Shown: positions 9,951 through 19,326 of the stretch, in pieces | Numbering within the stretch: position 1 is the stretch's first letter | Layout of the letters: every line of letters starts with the position of its first letter | Assembly (NCBI GenBank): GCA_964360815.1 | Contig: CAYHYA010000002.1 | Location: 1,371 to 65,370, forward strand | Direction: 5' to 3' | Length of the DNA stretch: 64,000 nt | Source: an uncultured Candidatus Saccharibacteria bacterium | GTDB lineage: Bacteria; Patescibacteriota; Minisyncoccia; Phycocordibacterales; JACOZG01 | Notes under the pieces: model-generated | The model's database searches: none | Told to the model about the DNA's origin: nothing | Seen by the model: only the letters and a program-made list of their open reading frames with translations | Translations under genes and position numbers: made by a program

Positions 9951-11009
9951 TTAACCGATTAAGCTGATCACCATACCAATTACCGCCATGACAATCCCGA
10001 GAATCCAGTAACGCATAACGACCTTGTACGGGGGCCAACCGAGCGCTTCAAAATGATGATGCAGGGGGGCAACCAAAAAAACCTTCTTCCCATTGCGAAA
10101 TTTTTTTGAAGCTAACTGGATGATGTTGCTGGCGACGGTGACCGTGAGGGGCAGAGCAATAATCGGCAGAACGAGTGCCGACTCGGTTAAAAAGGCCACG
10201 ATCGTCAGAGTGGTCGTTAAACCCAAAATGCCGGTTTCCGACATATAAAAGCGCGCTGGCGGAATATTAAACCAGAGAAAAGCCAAAATCCCGCCGGTCA
10301 CCACCGTTGAAAACGCCGCCAGGTCAATTTGGTGTTGGAAAAAGGCAATTCCGGCGTAAGCCGCGAAGGTTGTCGCCATCACCCCACCCGCTAGACCGTC
10401 GAGTCCGTCAATGACCCCGCTTGAAAATAAGACAATCATGATCATGACGAAAAAAGGAATGATCAACCAACCGATGGTCAACTCGCCCCAGAAAGGAATG
10501 GCGATAGTTGAGAGACCGAGTTTATAATAGAACCACCAGGCACCGATTAAGCCAAGAACCGTGACGATCAGCAGGCGTTTTTTAAATGATAGGCCACCGG
10601 ACAAGGAGCGGTTGTGATCACCAGCGATCTCGAGCACGTCGTCAATCAAACCAACCACTGATCCAACCAGTAGCGTAAAAAGTGGTAACCAGGTTTGATT
10701 TCGACTTAAAAAATTAAGTTTAACGAAGATAGAATCTGGCCAAATTTTCGCTAAAAACCAAAAAACCAAAACCGTCACCCCAACGCTGACCCAGATAATA
10801 ATCCCACCCAGCCGCGGCGTGCCGACCTCGCGAGTTTCGTGCAAGCGATTGAAAATTGGCGTTGCTCGACCGTCGGGAGCAATTTTCCCGGCTCGTTTCT
10901 TCCACATTTTGTGTTTATACAGATAGTTGGTCAAAAGCGGTGTCATGGCCAGACCGAGGAAAAAGGCCACGGTGCTCGGAGCAAAAACCTTGAAAACATC
11001 AATGATCAT
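9951..11009 (-). CDS. mraY: Phospho-N-acetylmuramoyl-pentapeptide transferase
   Basis: GTPRLGG, IDD, DGLDGLA, APLHHHFEALGW. Confidence 0.95.
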   Translation of the reverse strand: MIIDVFKVFAPSTVAFFLGLAMTPLLTNYLYKHKMWKKRAGKIAPDGRATPIFNRLHETREVGTPRLGGIIIWVSVGVTVLVFWFLAKIWPDSIFVKLNFLSRNQTWLPLFTLLVGSVVGLIDDVLEIAGDHNRSLSGGLSFKKRLLIVTVLGLIGAWWFYYKLGLSTIAIPFWGELTIGWLIIPFFVMIMIVLFSSGVIDGLDGLAGGVMATTFAAYAGIAFFQHQIDLAAFSTVVTGGILAFLWFNIPPARFYMSETGILGLTTTLTIVAFLTESALVLPIIALPLTVTVASNIIQLASKKFRNGKKVFLVAPLHHHFEALGWPPYKVVMRYWILGIVMAVIGMVISLIG

Positions 11010-11887
11010 GAGAAAAATTTTAACGTGGCCTCGATTAAATTTTTTATATCCGAAAAGCGGCCGGTTTCTGTTGAGGCGAGGACGACCACGACCACCGGCT
11101 GATTCAGTCCTCGATCAAAAACGATTGCTAAGTTACCTTGCGCCAAATCAGTAAAACCGGTTTTCGAGCCGAGGAGTCCAGGGATCTCGTTAGCCACGAG
11201 GTTGGTGTTGGTCAACAAATATTCGGTACCATCAAGAGCGCTGACCAGAAATTCGTGATGACGAGTGGCTTCGAGTAAACTTGGATCAACCGTTAAAATG
11301 TATTCAAACAAACCGGTCACGTCTCGGGCCGAACTAACGACGCCAACCTCGTTGGCCGACAAGTCTAAACCGGTCACACTTTTGAAAATGGTGTTGGTTA
11401 AACCGAGTTCGCGCGCCAGTCCATTCATGTCGTCAATAATTTGTCGCCCGCTTGTTGTTTCGGCGGCCGTGGCGATCGCCACCGCCGCTTGGTTGGAAGA
11501 AGAAACCAGCGTGTAGTCAATCAGTTTCTCGAGCGACCAGTCTTTTTTGTTAAATGGCACCACGGTTGCCCCGGGCAATAAGCGTTTAGCCGTGAGCGTA
11601 GTCATCACTTTGGCCACTGAAGCGATTGGTAGGGGCCGGTCGCTGTTTTTTTCAAAAATCACCGTTCGGCGGTTGAGATCGTAGACCAGGGCGGCTTCGG
11701 CTTCAAGAGTTGGTGGAACAAAATATTTGGTGACGACCATGGCTGGCGGCGTTTCCGAAACGTTCGCCGGCGTAAGTAATTGAGCGGCATCTAAAACGGC
11801 TAAGCCCAAAAAAATTATTCCGCCAGCGGTGGCCAACCACTGATAGTACGGGCTAATCGGTTTTATTGGCTGAGAGTTCATGATCAT
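11006..11887 (-). CDS. D-alanyl-D-alanine carboxypeptidase (peptidase S11)
   Basis: SxxK (SVAK), SSN and KTG motifs; N-terminal TM. Confidence 0.88.
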   Translation of the reverse strand: MIMNSQPIKPISPYYQWLATAGGIIFLGLAVLDAAQLLTPANVSETPPAMVVTKYFVPPTLEAEAALVYDLNRRTVIFEKNSDRPLPIASVAKVMTTLTAKRLLPGATVVPFNKKDWSLEKLIDYTLVSSSNQAAVAIATAAETTSGRQIIDDMNGLARELGLTNTIFKSVTGLDLSANEVGVVSSARDVTGLFEYILTVDPSLLEATRHHEFLVSALDGTEYLLTNTNLVANEIPGLLGSKTGFTDLAQGNLAIVFDRGLNQPVVVVVLASTETGRFSDIKNLIEATLKFFS

Positions 11888-12422
11888 CTTTGTCGCCGGT
11901 CAAAAAATTACTTAAACGAGTGTTGATCGTTTGATAATCCGGCAGTTCTTCAACTCGTGTTAAACCAAGCAGAGACAGCAGTTCGAAGGTTGGTTGATAA
12001 AACGGACTTCGACCGTCTCGGGGATTAGGAATTTTTTCAATCAAACCGCGGACCAATAAATGTCGAAGAATGAAGCCAGAATTAACCCCGCGAATATAAT
12101 CGACCTCGGCCTTAATTAATGGTCCGCGATAAGAAATAATGGTCAGTGTTTCGAGTCCGGCGCGGCCAAGTTCTGTGCTAAGTTCTTGCTTAGATAAACT
12201 TTGAAGAAGTTCGCCAATTTCTGGTGCCGTGCCGAGCGTGACCTCATCGTCTTTGGTGATTAACCGCAGCCCACGATCGGTTAGACGCCCCTTTAGTTCA
12301 GTGAGAGCGGCTTGAATTTCCGCTTCCCCCACTGTTAGGGTTTGAGCCAGTTTCCCCACGCTTTGCGGCTCGGCTTTCCAAAACAAAAGCGCCTCCAATT
12401 GATTGCTCAAACCTAAAGCCAT
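11853..12422 (-). CDS. scpB: SMC segregation/condensation protein B
   Basis: LEALLF, LETLTIISY.GP, IRGVNS, L.RGLI. Confidence 0.93.
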   Translation of the reverse strand: MALGLSNQLEALLFWKAEPQSVGKLAQTLTVGEAEIQAALTELKGRLTDRGLRLITKDDEVTLGTAPEIGELLQSLSKQELSTELGRAGLETLTIISYRGPLIKAEVDYIRGVNSGFILRHLLVRGLIEKIPNPRDGRSPFYQPTFELLSLLGLTRVEELPDYQTINTRLSNFLTGDKDDHELSANKTD

Positions 12423-12452
12423 GGTGGACGAATTATAACTGAAGTTTCAGAT

Positions 12453-12557
12453 AAAAAAAAGCCCCGGGATGACAATGACACAATATGTCCCGGGACTAGT
12501 GTCCCCGCAGGGGGACGGCATTCTTTTTACTATAAACCCTTGTCTATTTTTTGTCAA
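12453..12557 (-). ncRNA. Candidate small RNA / attenuator unit between scpA and scpB
   Basis: TTGACA-17-TATAGT (12557-12529), then GTCCCC-CTGC-GGGGAC hairpin and a GC-rich terminator stem with an 8-U tail. Confidence 0.45.
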
Positions 12558-13282
12558 TAGCGGGGAATACCGGCAGTGGTTGTTTCGATGTTAATTTCTT
12601 GAAAATGGTCGGTTTGCCCGACCGCGACTGCCCCCTGTTTGCAGAGTTCAAGTAAAGCCAAAAAACCAACGATAATCTCTTTTTTGTCTTTTTTATTTCT
12701 GATAAACTCGCTGAAGTTGAGGCGGAGAGCAGTTTGAACGCGCGTGGCCAGATCGCGGATCATTTCTTCCAAACTAACAATTTTCTTTAGCACCACTTTC
12801 GGTAGAGGGCTGGTTGGTATTGGGAGAACCCGGATTAAATTTTTCATTGTGACCAAAAGATTGGCCACGGTAATTTCCGGCGTTGGCGAAAAAACCACTC
12901 GCTTGTCGGAACGAGGTAACGAGAAAAAAATTGGTCGTTGTCCGCAACGCTGGCTAATTCCCACGCTCGTTTCTCTGATCAACTGATAAATTTTCAGACG
13001 CTGTTCCAGGTCGGCCACTTCCCCACTCTCGGTTTCGGTTAAGGTGAGTGTGGGAAGCAGCGAGATTGACTTAATCAACATCAGGGTTGAAGCCACGGTT
13101 AAAAACTCGGCCAGTAAACCGAGCGACGGTTGATCGAGTTGTCTAACGTAATCAAGAAAATTATCCGCCACCGTTGCCAAAGAAACTTGGCTGATACTTA
13201 ATTTTCGTTTCTCTACTAAATCAAGGAGTAGCGGTAATGGGCCCTCGAACTCCCCCACCTGAACGGAAAAAGTTTCGGTCAT
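12554..13282 (-). CDS. scpA: SMC segregation/condensation protein A
   Basis: FEGPLPLLLDL, IKSISLLP, FLALLEL. Confidence 0.93.
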   Translation of the reverse strand: MTETFSVQVGEFEGPLPLLLDLVEKRKLSISQVSLATVADNFLDYVRQLDQPSLGLLAEFLTVASTLMLIKSISLLPTLTLTETESGEVADLEQRLKIYQLIRETSVGISQRCGQRPIFFSLPRSDKRVVFSPTPEITVANLLVTMKNLIRVLPIPTSPLPKVVLKKIVSLEEMIRDLATRVQTALRLNFSEFIRNKKDKKEIIVGFLALLELCKQGAVAVGQTDHFQEINIETTTAGIPRY

Positions 13283-14631
13283 GCTGGCGCGTTCATCATC
13301 AAGTCTCGTCCCTCACCAGTTTTCGGAAAAGCGATGACTTCGCGAATGTTTGGTTCGTTGCCAAGAAGACTGATTAACCGATCAAGTCCCCAGGCGATTC
13401 CGCCGTGCGGTGGCGCCCCAGCCGCGAGCGCTTGCAACATGTGGCCGAAGTTGTCGTCAATCGCGCGATCGCTGTGACCAAGAATCTTAAACACCGCCCG
13501 CAAGCCGTCAGGACGATGATTACGGATACTGCCCCCACCGATCTCGAGCCCGTTCAGAGTGATGTCGTATTGAGAAGTTAAAATTTGACCAAGGTTTTTT
13601 TGGTTGAGGAGATCTTCCAGCTGTTCCGGTTTGGGCGCGGAAAAAGGGTTATGGGTAAACGTCCACTTGCCGTTGTCCTCTTTCTCAAAAAACGGAAAGT
13701 CCACCACCCAACAGAAAGCCAGCAGATTTTTGTCAGTTTTTTCCTGATCGCTTCGAAGATCGGGGCGATCGCTTTCGTATTTGGCCATAGCCGCTTCGTA
13801 GGTTAGTCGCGGAAACGGAATTTGTTTGATGGTTTTTTCCGGAGTAATTTTTTTAACTATTTCGATTAACAACTTCTCGTTTAGCGCCATGACTTCTTCC
13901 TGTTCAACAAAAGCCATTTCGAGGTCGAGTTGGGTAAATTCCGGTTGGCGATCACCGCGCGTATCTTCATCCCGAAAACAGCGGGCCATTTGGAAATATT
14001 TTTCCACACCGGCCACCATCAAGAGTTGTTTATATTGTTGGGGTGACTGGGGCAGGGCATAAAATTTCCCTGGGTAAAGTCGTGCCGGGACGAGATAATC
14101 ACGGGCGCCTTCCGGCGTGGCCTTGGTCAGGATCGGCGTTTCAATTTCCAGAAAACCCTGTTCCGAGAGGTGGTCGCGAATGAAGCGAACTAATTGATGA
14201 CGCAAATTTAAATTCTTTTGCATTCTCGGTCGCCGAAGATCTAGATAGCGATATCGCAGACGGTTCTCCTCGTCCAGTTCGTAACCGGTTGTTCCCAAAT
14301 CAAACGGCGGGGTTGTGGCTTCATTCAACACTTGGAGAGCCGTGATTTCGAGCTCGATCGCGCCATTTGGCAGTTCTGGTTTGATCATTTTTTCCGGTCG
14401 GCGGTTGACTCGCCCGATCACTTCAAGCACCCATTCCGGTCGAACAGTTTCGGCCAAGCCGTGCGCGGCGGCGTGGCTCGGCAGGGCCACGGCTTGAACT
14501 TTGCCACTGGCGTCGCGAAGATCAATAAAAATAAGTTTGCCGTGATCGCGCCGCACGTCAACCCAGCCGGCCACCGTCACCGTTTCGCCAACTTTTTCCG
14601 TTAAATCTTTTATTGCGATTCGATTTTTCAT
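13279..14631 (-). CDS. aspS: Aspartyl-tRNA synthetase (short, lacks GAD insertion; RRDHG suggests non-discriminating type)
   Basis: GWV..RRDHG, RYRYLDLR, ALPQSPQ, CFRDED, PPHGG.AWGLDR. Confidence 0.93.
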   Translation of the reverse strand: MKNRIAIKDLTEKVGETVTVAGWVDVRRDHGKLIFIDLRDASGKVQAVALPSHAAAHGLAETVRPEWVLEVIGRVNRRPEKMIKPELPNGAIELEITALQVLNEATTPPFDLGTTGYELDEENRLRYRYLDLRRPRMQKNLNLRHQLVRFIRDHLSEQGFLEIETPILTKATPEGARDYLVPARLYPGKFYALPQSPQQYKQLLMVAGVEKYFQMARCFRDEDTRGDRQPEFTQLDLEMAFVEQEEVMALNEKLLIEIVKKITPEKTIKQIPFPRLTYEAAMAKYESDRPDLRSDQEKTDKNLLAFCWVVDFPFFEKEDNGKWTFTHNPFSAPKPEQLEDLLNQKNLGQILTSQYDITLNGLEIGGGSIRNHRPDGLRAVFKILGHSDRAIDDNFGHMLQALAAGAPPHGGIAWGLDRLISLLGNEPNIREVIAFPKTGEGRDLMMNAPA

Positions 14632-14637
14632 TTTTGT

Positions 14638-15615
14638 TTATAAGCTCACCCCGACTGCTTGGCGGATCTTAACCATCTTCTCTTGGGCTTGCGCCTTTGC
14701 TCGACTGGCACCGTCTTGCAAAACTTCCATTACCGCCTTCTGGTCTCGAGCGATGGCCAAACGTTTTTCACGCAGAGGCACCAAGTAATCATCCAGGTTT
14801 TTGAATAAAATTTCTTTTGATTCTTTATAACCAATTTGACCCGCGCGATAACGTTCGGCTAATTCGGCTAAATTTTTAACGGAAAAAAGTTTGTGTAACG
14901 CGAAAACATTGCACTGTTCCGGATCTTTGGCTTCATTCGCTTCTCGGGAATCGGTTTTGATGCTCATGATTAGTCGTTTCAATTCGGCCGGTTCGGAAAA
15001 AATCGGAATCGTATTGCCATAACTCTTAGACATTTTTTGGCCGTCTATTCCAATAATTGTTTTGGTTTGATCAATGATCAACGCTTCCGGTAACTGGAAA
15101 ATTTCACCAAATTTACGATTGAATTTTTCGGCCGTGTCGCGAGCAATTTCAACATGTTGTTTCTGGTCAAAACCGACCGGCACCACCGCGGCATCGTAAA
15201 GTAAAATATCGGCCGCCATTAACAAGGGGTAAGTAAAGACACCAACGCTAACTTCTTGATTTTTGGCCAGGGCATCTTTGTAGGCATGGGCGCGGGCGAG
15301 ATACGGCATGGTCGTCAGACAATTAAAAATCCAAGCCAATTCGGTGTGTTCCGGAATATTGGACTGTTGGAAAATGGTGGTGCGGGTTGGGTCGAGCCCA
15401 ATGGCTAAATAATCAATGGCGATATCTAAAATGTCCTGTCGCAAAACTTCCGGATCGCTGGCGTTAGTCAGCGCGTGATAGTCGGCAATCATGATGTATG
15501 ATTCGTAATCGTTCTGTAGGTCAACGAATTGCTTCATCGCGCCAAAATAATTACCAATATGTGGTCGGCCGGTTGGCTTAACTCCAGAAAGAAGGATTTT
15601 CGGCGAATTTAGCAT
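14638..15615 (-). CDS. trpS: Tryptophanyl-tRNA synthetase
   Basis: SGVKPTG..HIGNY, YPLLMAADILLY, KMSKS; start at MLNSPK, 6 nt after TATGAT. Confidence 0.95.
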   Translation of the reverse strand: MLNSPKILLSGVKPTGRPHIGNYFGAMKQFVDLQNDYESYIMIADYHALTNASDPEVLRQDILDIAIDYLAIGLDPTRTTIFQQSNIPEHTELAWIFNCLTTMPYLARAHAYKDALAKNQEVSVGVFTYPLLMAADILLYDAAVVPVGFDQKQHVEIARDTAEKFNRKFGEIFQLPEALIIDQTKTIIGIDGQKMSKSYGNTIPIFSEPAELKRLIMSIKTDSREANEAKDPEQCNVFALHKLFSVKNLAELAERYRAGQIGYKESKEILFKNLDDYLVPLREKRLAIARDQKAVMEVLQDGASRAKAQAQEKMVKIRQAVGVSL

Positions 15616-15754
15616 CACTGAATCATAGCAAATCCTCTGTCGCGCCCTCATATTGACAAGATTCTACTAAAATGCTAGTGTGTCTTTGGTTTACAGATTC
15701 AACCAAATGCGGTCATTTGGTTGGTTAAGAGGTCTTTGTTGTAAGGAGTAAGCT

Positions 15755-16645
15755 ATGAGGTCAATCCTACTGTTCTTGGGGCTATGGTTTTTCGGGTTTC
15801 TGGGTCTAGCGGGGTGCGGGAACTTCCCTACCCCCGAGCAGTCCGAGTTGTCGGCGACAGCAGACGAGGCGGATGCGACTGGGGTAGTCAACAAAAGTAG
15901 GGATTTTATCTTGGCGCAAACTGGTGGTGGGAGTGGGAGCGGCGGAGGAGGAAGTAATGCCCCCACGCTTCACACCGTCAGCGCCTCGGTAAACTTTGAT
16001 CCGGTAGCTGGTCACGGTGATTTTTATCTTGGCGGCAAGACGATTGTCGTGGAAAGAATTAACAGTTACGTTAATTTTTATCCGGACAAGAGCCTGCCCC
16101 GGGACGTTGGCTATTTCGAGGCAACAATCGATCTGGAAGGATCCTTCATTCCGGCCGACGGAACTGTCACTGAGGCGATGGAAAAATTGTTGGACCTCTC
16201 GCTTTTTACCGATGGATTGGTATCTTTCGACCAGTATGGCCTAATGAGAATTCCTCCTGGGTGCGAAAACGGGGAAGAGTTCAATCTGATCACGGGCGAA
16301 AAGTGCCCATGGCAGGGATGGGAGATTGAACCACGAGCCCGTTTGAGTCAAAACGGATACGCTCGACTGAGTGGATATCAGTACGATGACCAGGAAGAGG
16401 TTCAGTATTTCAGCGACTCTTCTTTCCACGTTTACATAAACGGTGGGACAATCACATCTGTCTCCGTCAACGTTTATGTTCGGGAATGGGAAGAAGAAGA
16501 GGACGCCCCGGATTACTGGCTACCCATTCAAGTTTCCGCGAGTTTTCGTGGTGTCGTTACGTTGGAGTACGAGGAATACGATGGCGGAGACGGTGGCGGT
16601 GTTGGGATTGTCCCGCCGGTTGCTGTTCCGCCGGGTAATGGCTAA
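15755..16645 (+). CDS. Hypothetical acidic lipoprotein
   Basis: Lipobox LAG-C; Gly/Ser linker; own promoter (15653-15681), SD and terminator. Confidence 0.7.
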   Translation: MRSILLFLGLWFFGFLGLAGCGNFPTPEQSELSATADEADATGVVNKSRDFILAQTGGGSGSGGGGSNAPTLHTVSASVNFDPVAGHGDFYLGGKTIVVERINSYVNFYPDKSLPRDVGYFEATIDLEGSFIPADGTVTEAMEKLLDLSLFTDGLVSFDQYGLMRIPPGCENGEEFNLITGEKCPWQGWEIEPRARLSQNGYARLSGYQYDDQEEVQYFSDSSFHVYINGGTITSVSVNVYVREWEEEEDAPDYWLPIQVSASFRGVVTLEYEEYDGGDGGGVGIVPPVAVPPGNG

Positions 16646-16670
16646 CGAAGGGAGGTGATCTACTAGATCT

Positions 16671-16716
16671 AGCCCCGTGATTTGCATTTTTTGTGCAAAT
16701 CGCGGGGTTTTTCTTT
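16671..16716 (+). terminator. Intrinsic terminator
   Basis: AGCCCCGTGATTTGCA...TGCAAATCGCGGGGTT followed by a T-run. Confidence 0.8.
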
Positions 16717-16853
16717 ACCCAAATCAGTTTTTTACACCCACTTGACAAAAGAAACCGTTTAGTTTAGGATGGTAAGTGAACTTAATTGCCATGCAGTTAA
16801 GCCCTGTTTGGAGTCAGACAGGGATTGATTTGGTCTTTGTAAGGAGATAAAAA

Positions 16854-17486
16854 ATGAAATGGCCAAAAGTTGTTGTCGTTGTGACAACGGTGCTTTCCGG
16901 AGTTGGGGAAGGAAGAGGCGGGAACATCGATGTGGTCACAAGTCAGTCTGAAAATCAGGCAACGGTTCATTTTTCTGGACCGATCAAGGTCGGGAATGTA
17001 CTGTTTGATCTTCAAGAGGGAGTGAATGAGAATCCGGTGCCGGGAGACATCGGTTGGTTTTCCGTTTCAATGATTGCGGCCGGATCATTCATTGACATTG
17101 AAAAAACGGGAGTTGTTGGCCATGGTGGGTCGTCAAGTGCCCGTCAAACCACTTACAACATCACCTCTCCTGATAATATAAATTTTTTCTTTGATCCGAT
17201 AAACACCCTGGTTACGGCCCAATGGTTGATCGGCGTTCTTGATGGCAATGTGCTTGTCACCGGAGGAATAATTAAGGATTCCTACGCCGAAATTATTGAA
17301 AACAACTGGCTTGGTCCAGGACCAAAACCCCCCTGGTTGGATCAGTGGACTGCATTCTGGCAAATTAATGGGAAGATTACTGCCCAGAATTTCAGCATCA
17401 CGGCTCTTCCCGAACCAGCCACGCTCGTCCTGTTCGCTCTTGGTGGAGTTTCCATCATTTGGAAAGGAAGACGTCTCCTGGTCTAA
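16854..17486 (+). CDS. Secreted protein with PEP-CTERM sorting signal
   Basis: C-terminus LPEPATLVLFALGGVSIIWKGRRLLV; promoter TTGACA-17-TAGGAT (16742-16770); AAGGAG SD. Confidence 0.8.
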   Translation: MKWPKVVVVVTTVLSGVGEGRGGNIDVVTSQSENQATVHFSGPIKVGNVLFDLQEGVNENPVPGDIGWFSVSMIAAGSFIDIEKTGVVGHGGSSSARQTTYNITSPDNINFFFDPINTLVTAQWLIGVLDGNVLVTGGIIKDSYAEIIENNWLGPGPKPPWLDQWTAFWQINGKITAQNFSITALPEPATLVLFALGGVSIIWKGRRLLV

Positions 17487-17553
17487 GGTTTGACAATAGT
17501 TTTCCCCCGCCGAGACTTCGGTTATCATTGGGGAGATATCGCCGGAGTCAAAG

Positions 17554-17595
17554 CAGCCCCGTTGTAGTCGTGAGATTACGGCGGGGTCTTTTTTT
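17554..17595 (+). terminator. Intrinsic terminator
   Basis: GCCCCGTTGTAGTC-GTGA-GATTACGGCGGGGT then a T-run. Confidence 0.75.
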
Positions 17596-17604
17596 ACTCG
17601 AACC

Positions 17605-19311
17605 CTACTTTTTCGATAATTCGACAATAAAACTACTCCCCTGCCCCGCACCGGCTGATTCAACCCAAATCCGACCATGGTGGGCCTCAACGATCTGTTT
17701 GGCCACATAGAGTCCGAGGCCGGTGCCGGTGATGTTGATCTTACCGGCGTCGTCAGCCCGAATAAATTTTTGAAAAAGTTTCGGAATCACTTCGGCTGGA
17801 ATCCCCACGCCATTATCGCTAACGCTTAAATGAATCTTCTGGTCAACCAAGTTCAAAGCAATCTTTATTTGACCCCTAGCTCCGCTCGTTGTTTGGGCCG
17901 GGGTATACTTGATCGCGTTATCAATTAAATTACCGACCACTTGTGATAACTTACCCGAGTCGCCAGTCAGTTTATAATCAACCGCTTGATCTATTTCCAA
18001 CAGGAATTGCAAGCCAGCTTTTTCCACGTTCACCCGCAATTCCCGGCCAACGCTCTCGACTAAATCTTTAAAATTAAATTCGCTCTGGTCATATTTCATG
18101 GTCCCGAGTTCAATCCGGGTAATGTTTAGGAAATCCTCAATCACCCGGACCAGTTTTTGGCTGGACTGGAAAATGATATCAACCGCCCCCCGGACGCGGT
18201 CGTCAATTTGACCGAAAGAATTTTCCAAAACCATCGAGGCATAACCCTTGATCGCCGTCAGTGGACTCCGCAGTTGATGGGTGGCCATAGAGACGAATTC
18301 GGTTTTCATTCGATCCAACTCCTTTAATTTCTCATTGGCCGTCCAGAGTTTGTCATTTGACTTGCCAAGCTCTTGCAACAACCCCTCAATTCGTTCACGT
18401 TGATTAACCTCTTTTTTTACACTCCTGATTAAGATGAGACCAAAAAGTACGGCAATGGTTTCCGTTGCGGCAACAACGATTTTTGTTAGATTGGATTGGA
18501 CAACAAAAATTAACGATCCGATCATTATCCACAACACAATTACCAACGCTTGCGCTCCAAGTACCCGAATGTTGAAGGTTTTATAGCGTACGATCATATA
18601 GCTCAAAAACCCAAGAAATGACAGCAGACCCAACGAGCCAATGAAACTAATTTCTTGTATTTCAAAAATCTCTCCAAAGACGTTAGACAAAGCAAAAAGA
18701 ACAAGGAACGACACTACCCCGATACCAGCATGAAGAATGCGTGCCAGATATTCATCATTTTGAGCCATGTTATTATAACGCTTTAAACATAGTCCAATAA
18801 TCCAAGCTATTGTGATGAACTCAAAAATATACATCAAGTCCCACATAGGACCCAAAACCCCCTCACAGGTTGTTATGTTGTAGGAAACAACATTGTACTT
18901 CGTGGGTAAAAAAATAAAAACCATTCCCATTATAAAAAAAGATACTATTTTTAATTTCTTATTCATAGGTTGAACACCCTCTTTTCTTGTGAAAATCTCT
19001 ATGAAATAAATCGCCAAAAGAAACACCGGCACTTCTAGTGCCGGTGTTATTTGCCAACCAAACATTATGGCGTCGTTGTATGCAGCTACCCACAAAATAA
19101 ATATGTCCAAAACCCAAAGGGAAAAAAACAATGTTATATAAAATAATGTTCTACTAATTACTGACCCCCTGTCTTTTATGAGAACAAAAATACCAAGAAA
19201 TAAAGAAATTATTATTGTTGGTACGTAAGTATAAAATAATAATCTTGGAGCGATTGATAAATCGAAAAAATTTAAAAAGCTCGGTAATGAGTCCGGGCAC
19301 AATATTTCCAT
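17605..19311 (-). CDS. Membrane sensor histidine kinase (multi-TM sensor + HisKA + HATPase)
   Basis: HQLRSPLTAI H-box, NLIDNAIKY, DNGVGI, GTGLGL; many N-terminal TM helices. Confidence 0.93.
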   Translation of the reverse strand: MEILCPDSLPSFLNFFDLSIAPRLLFYTYVPTIIISLFLGIFVLIKDRGSVISRTLFYITLFFSLWVLDIFILWVAAYNDAIMFGWQITPALEVPVFLLAIYFIEIFTRKEGVQPMNKKLKIVSFFIMGMVFIFLPTKYNVVSYNITTCEGVLGPMWDLMYIFEFITIAWIIGLCLKRYNNMAQNDEYLARILHAGIGVVSFLVLFALSNVFGEIFEIQEISFIGSLGLLSFLGFLSYMIVRYKTFNIRVLGAQALVIVLWIMIGSLIFVVQSNLTKIVVAATETIAVLFGLILIRSVKKEVNQRERIEGLLQELGKSNDKLWTANEKLKELDRMKTEFVSMATHQLRSPLTAIKGYASMVLENSFGQIDDRVRGAVDIIFQSSQKLVRVIEDFLNITRIELGTMKYDQSEFNFKDLVESVGRELRVNVEKAGLQFLLEIDQAVDYKLTGDSGKLSQVVGNLIDNAIKYTPAQTTSGARGQIKIALNLVDQKIHLSVSDNGVGIPAEVIPKLFQKFIRADDAGKINITGTGLGLYVAKQIVEAHHGRIWVESAGAGQGSSFIVELSKK

Positions 19312-19326
19312 AGGAGTTATTATAGC

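Noticed and set aside
17133-17708. 191-aa minus-strand ORF and other long shadow ORFs (597-1037, 28569-29111, 47830-48300)
   Set aside because: Antisense or off-frame overlaps of well-supported genes, with no recognisable motifs.
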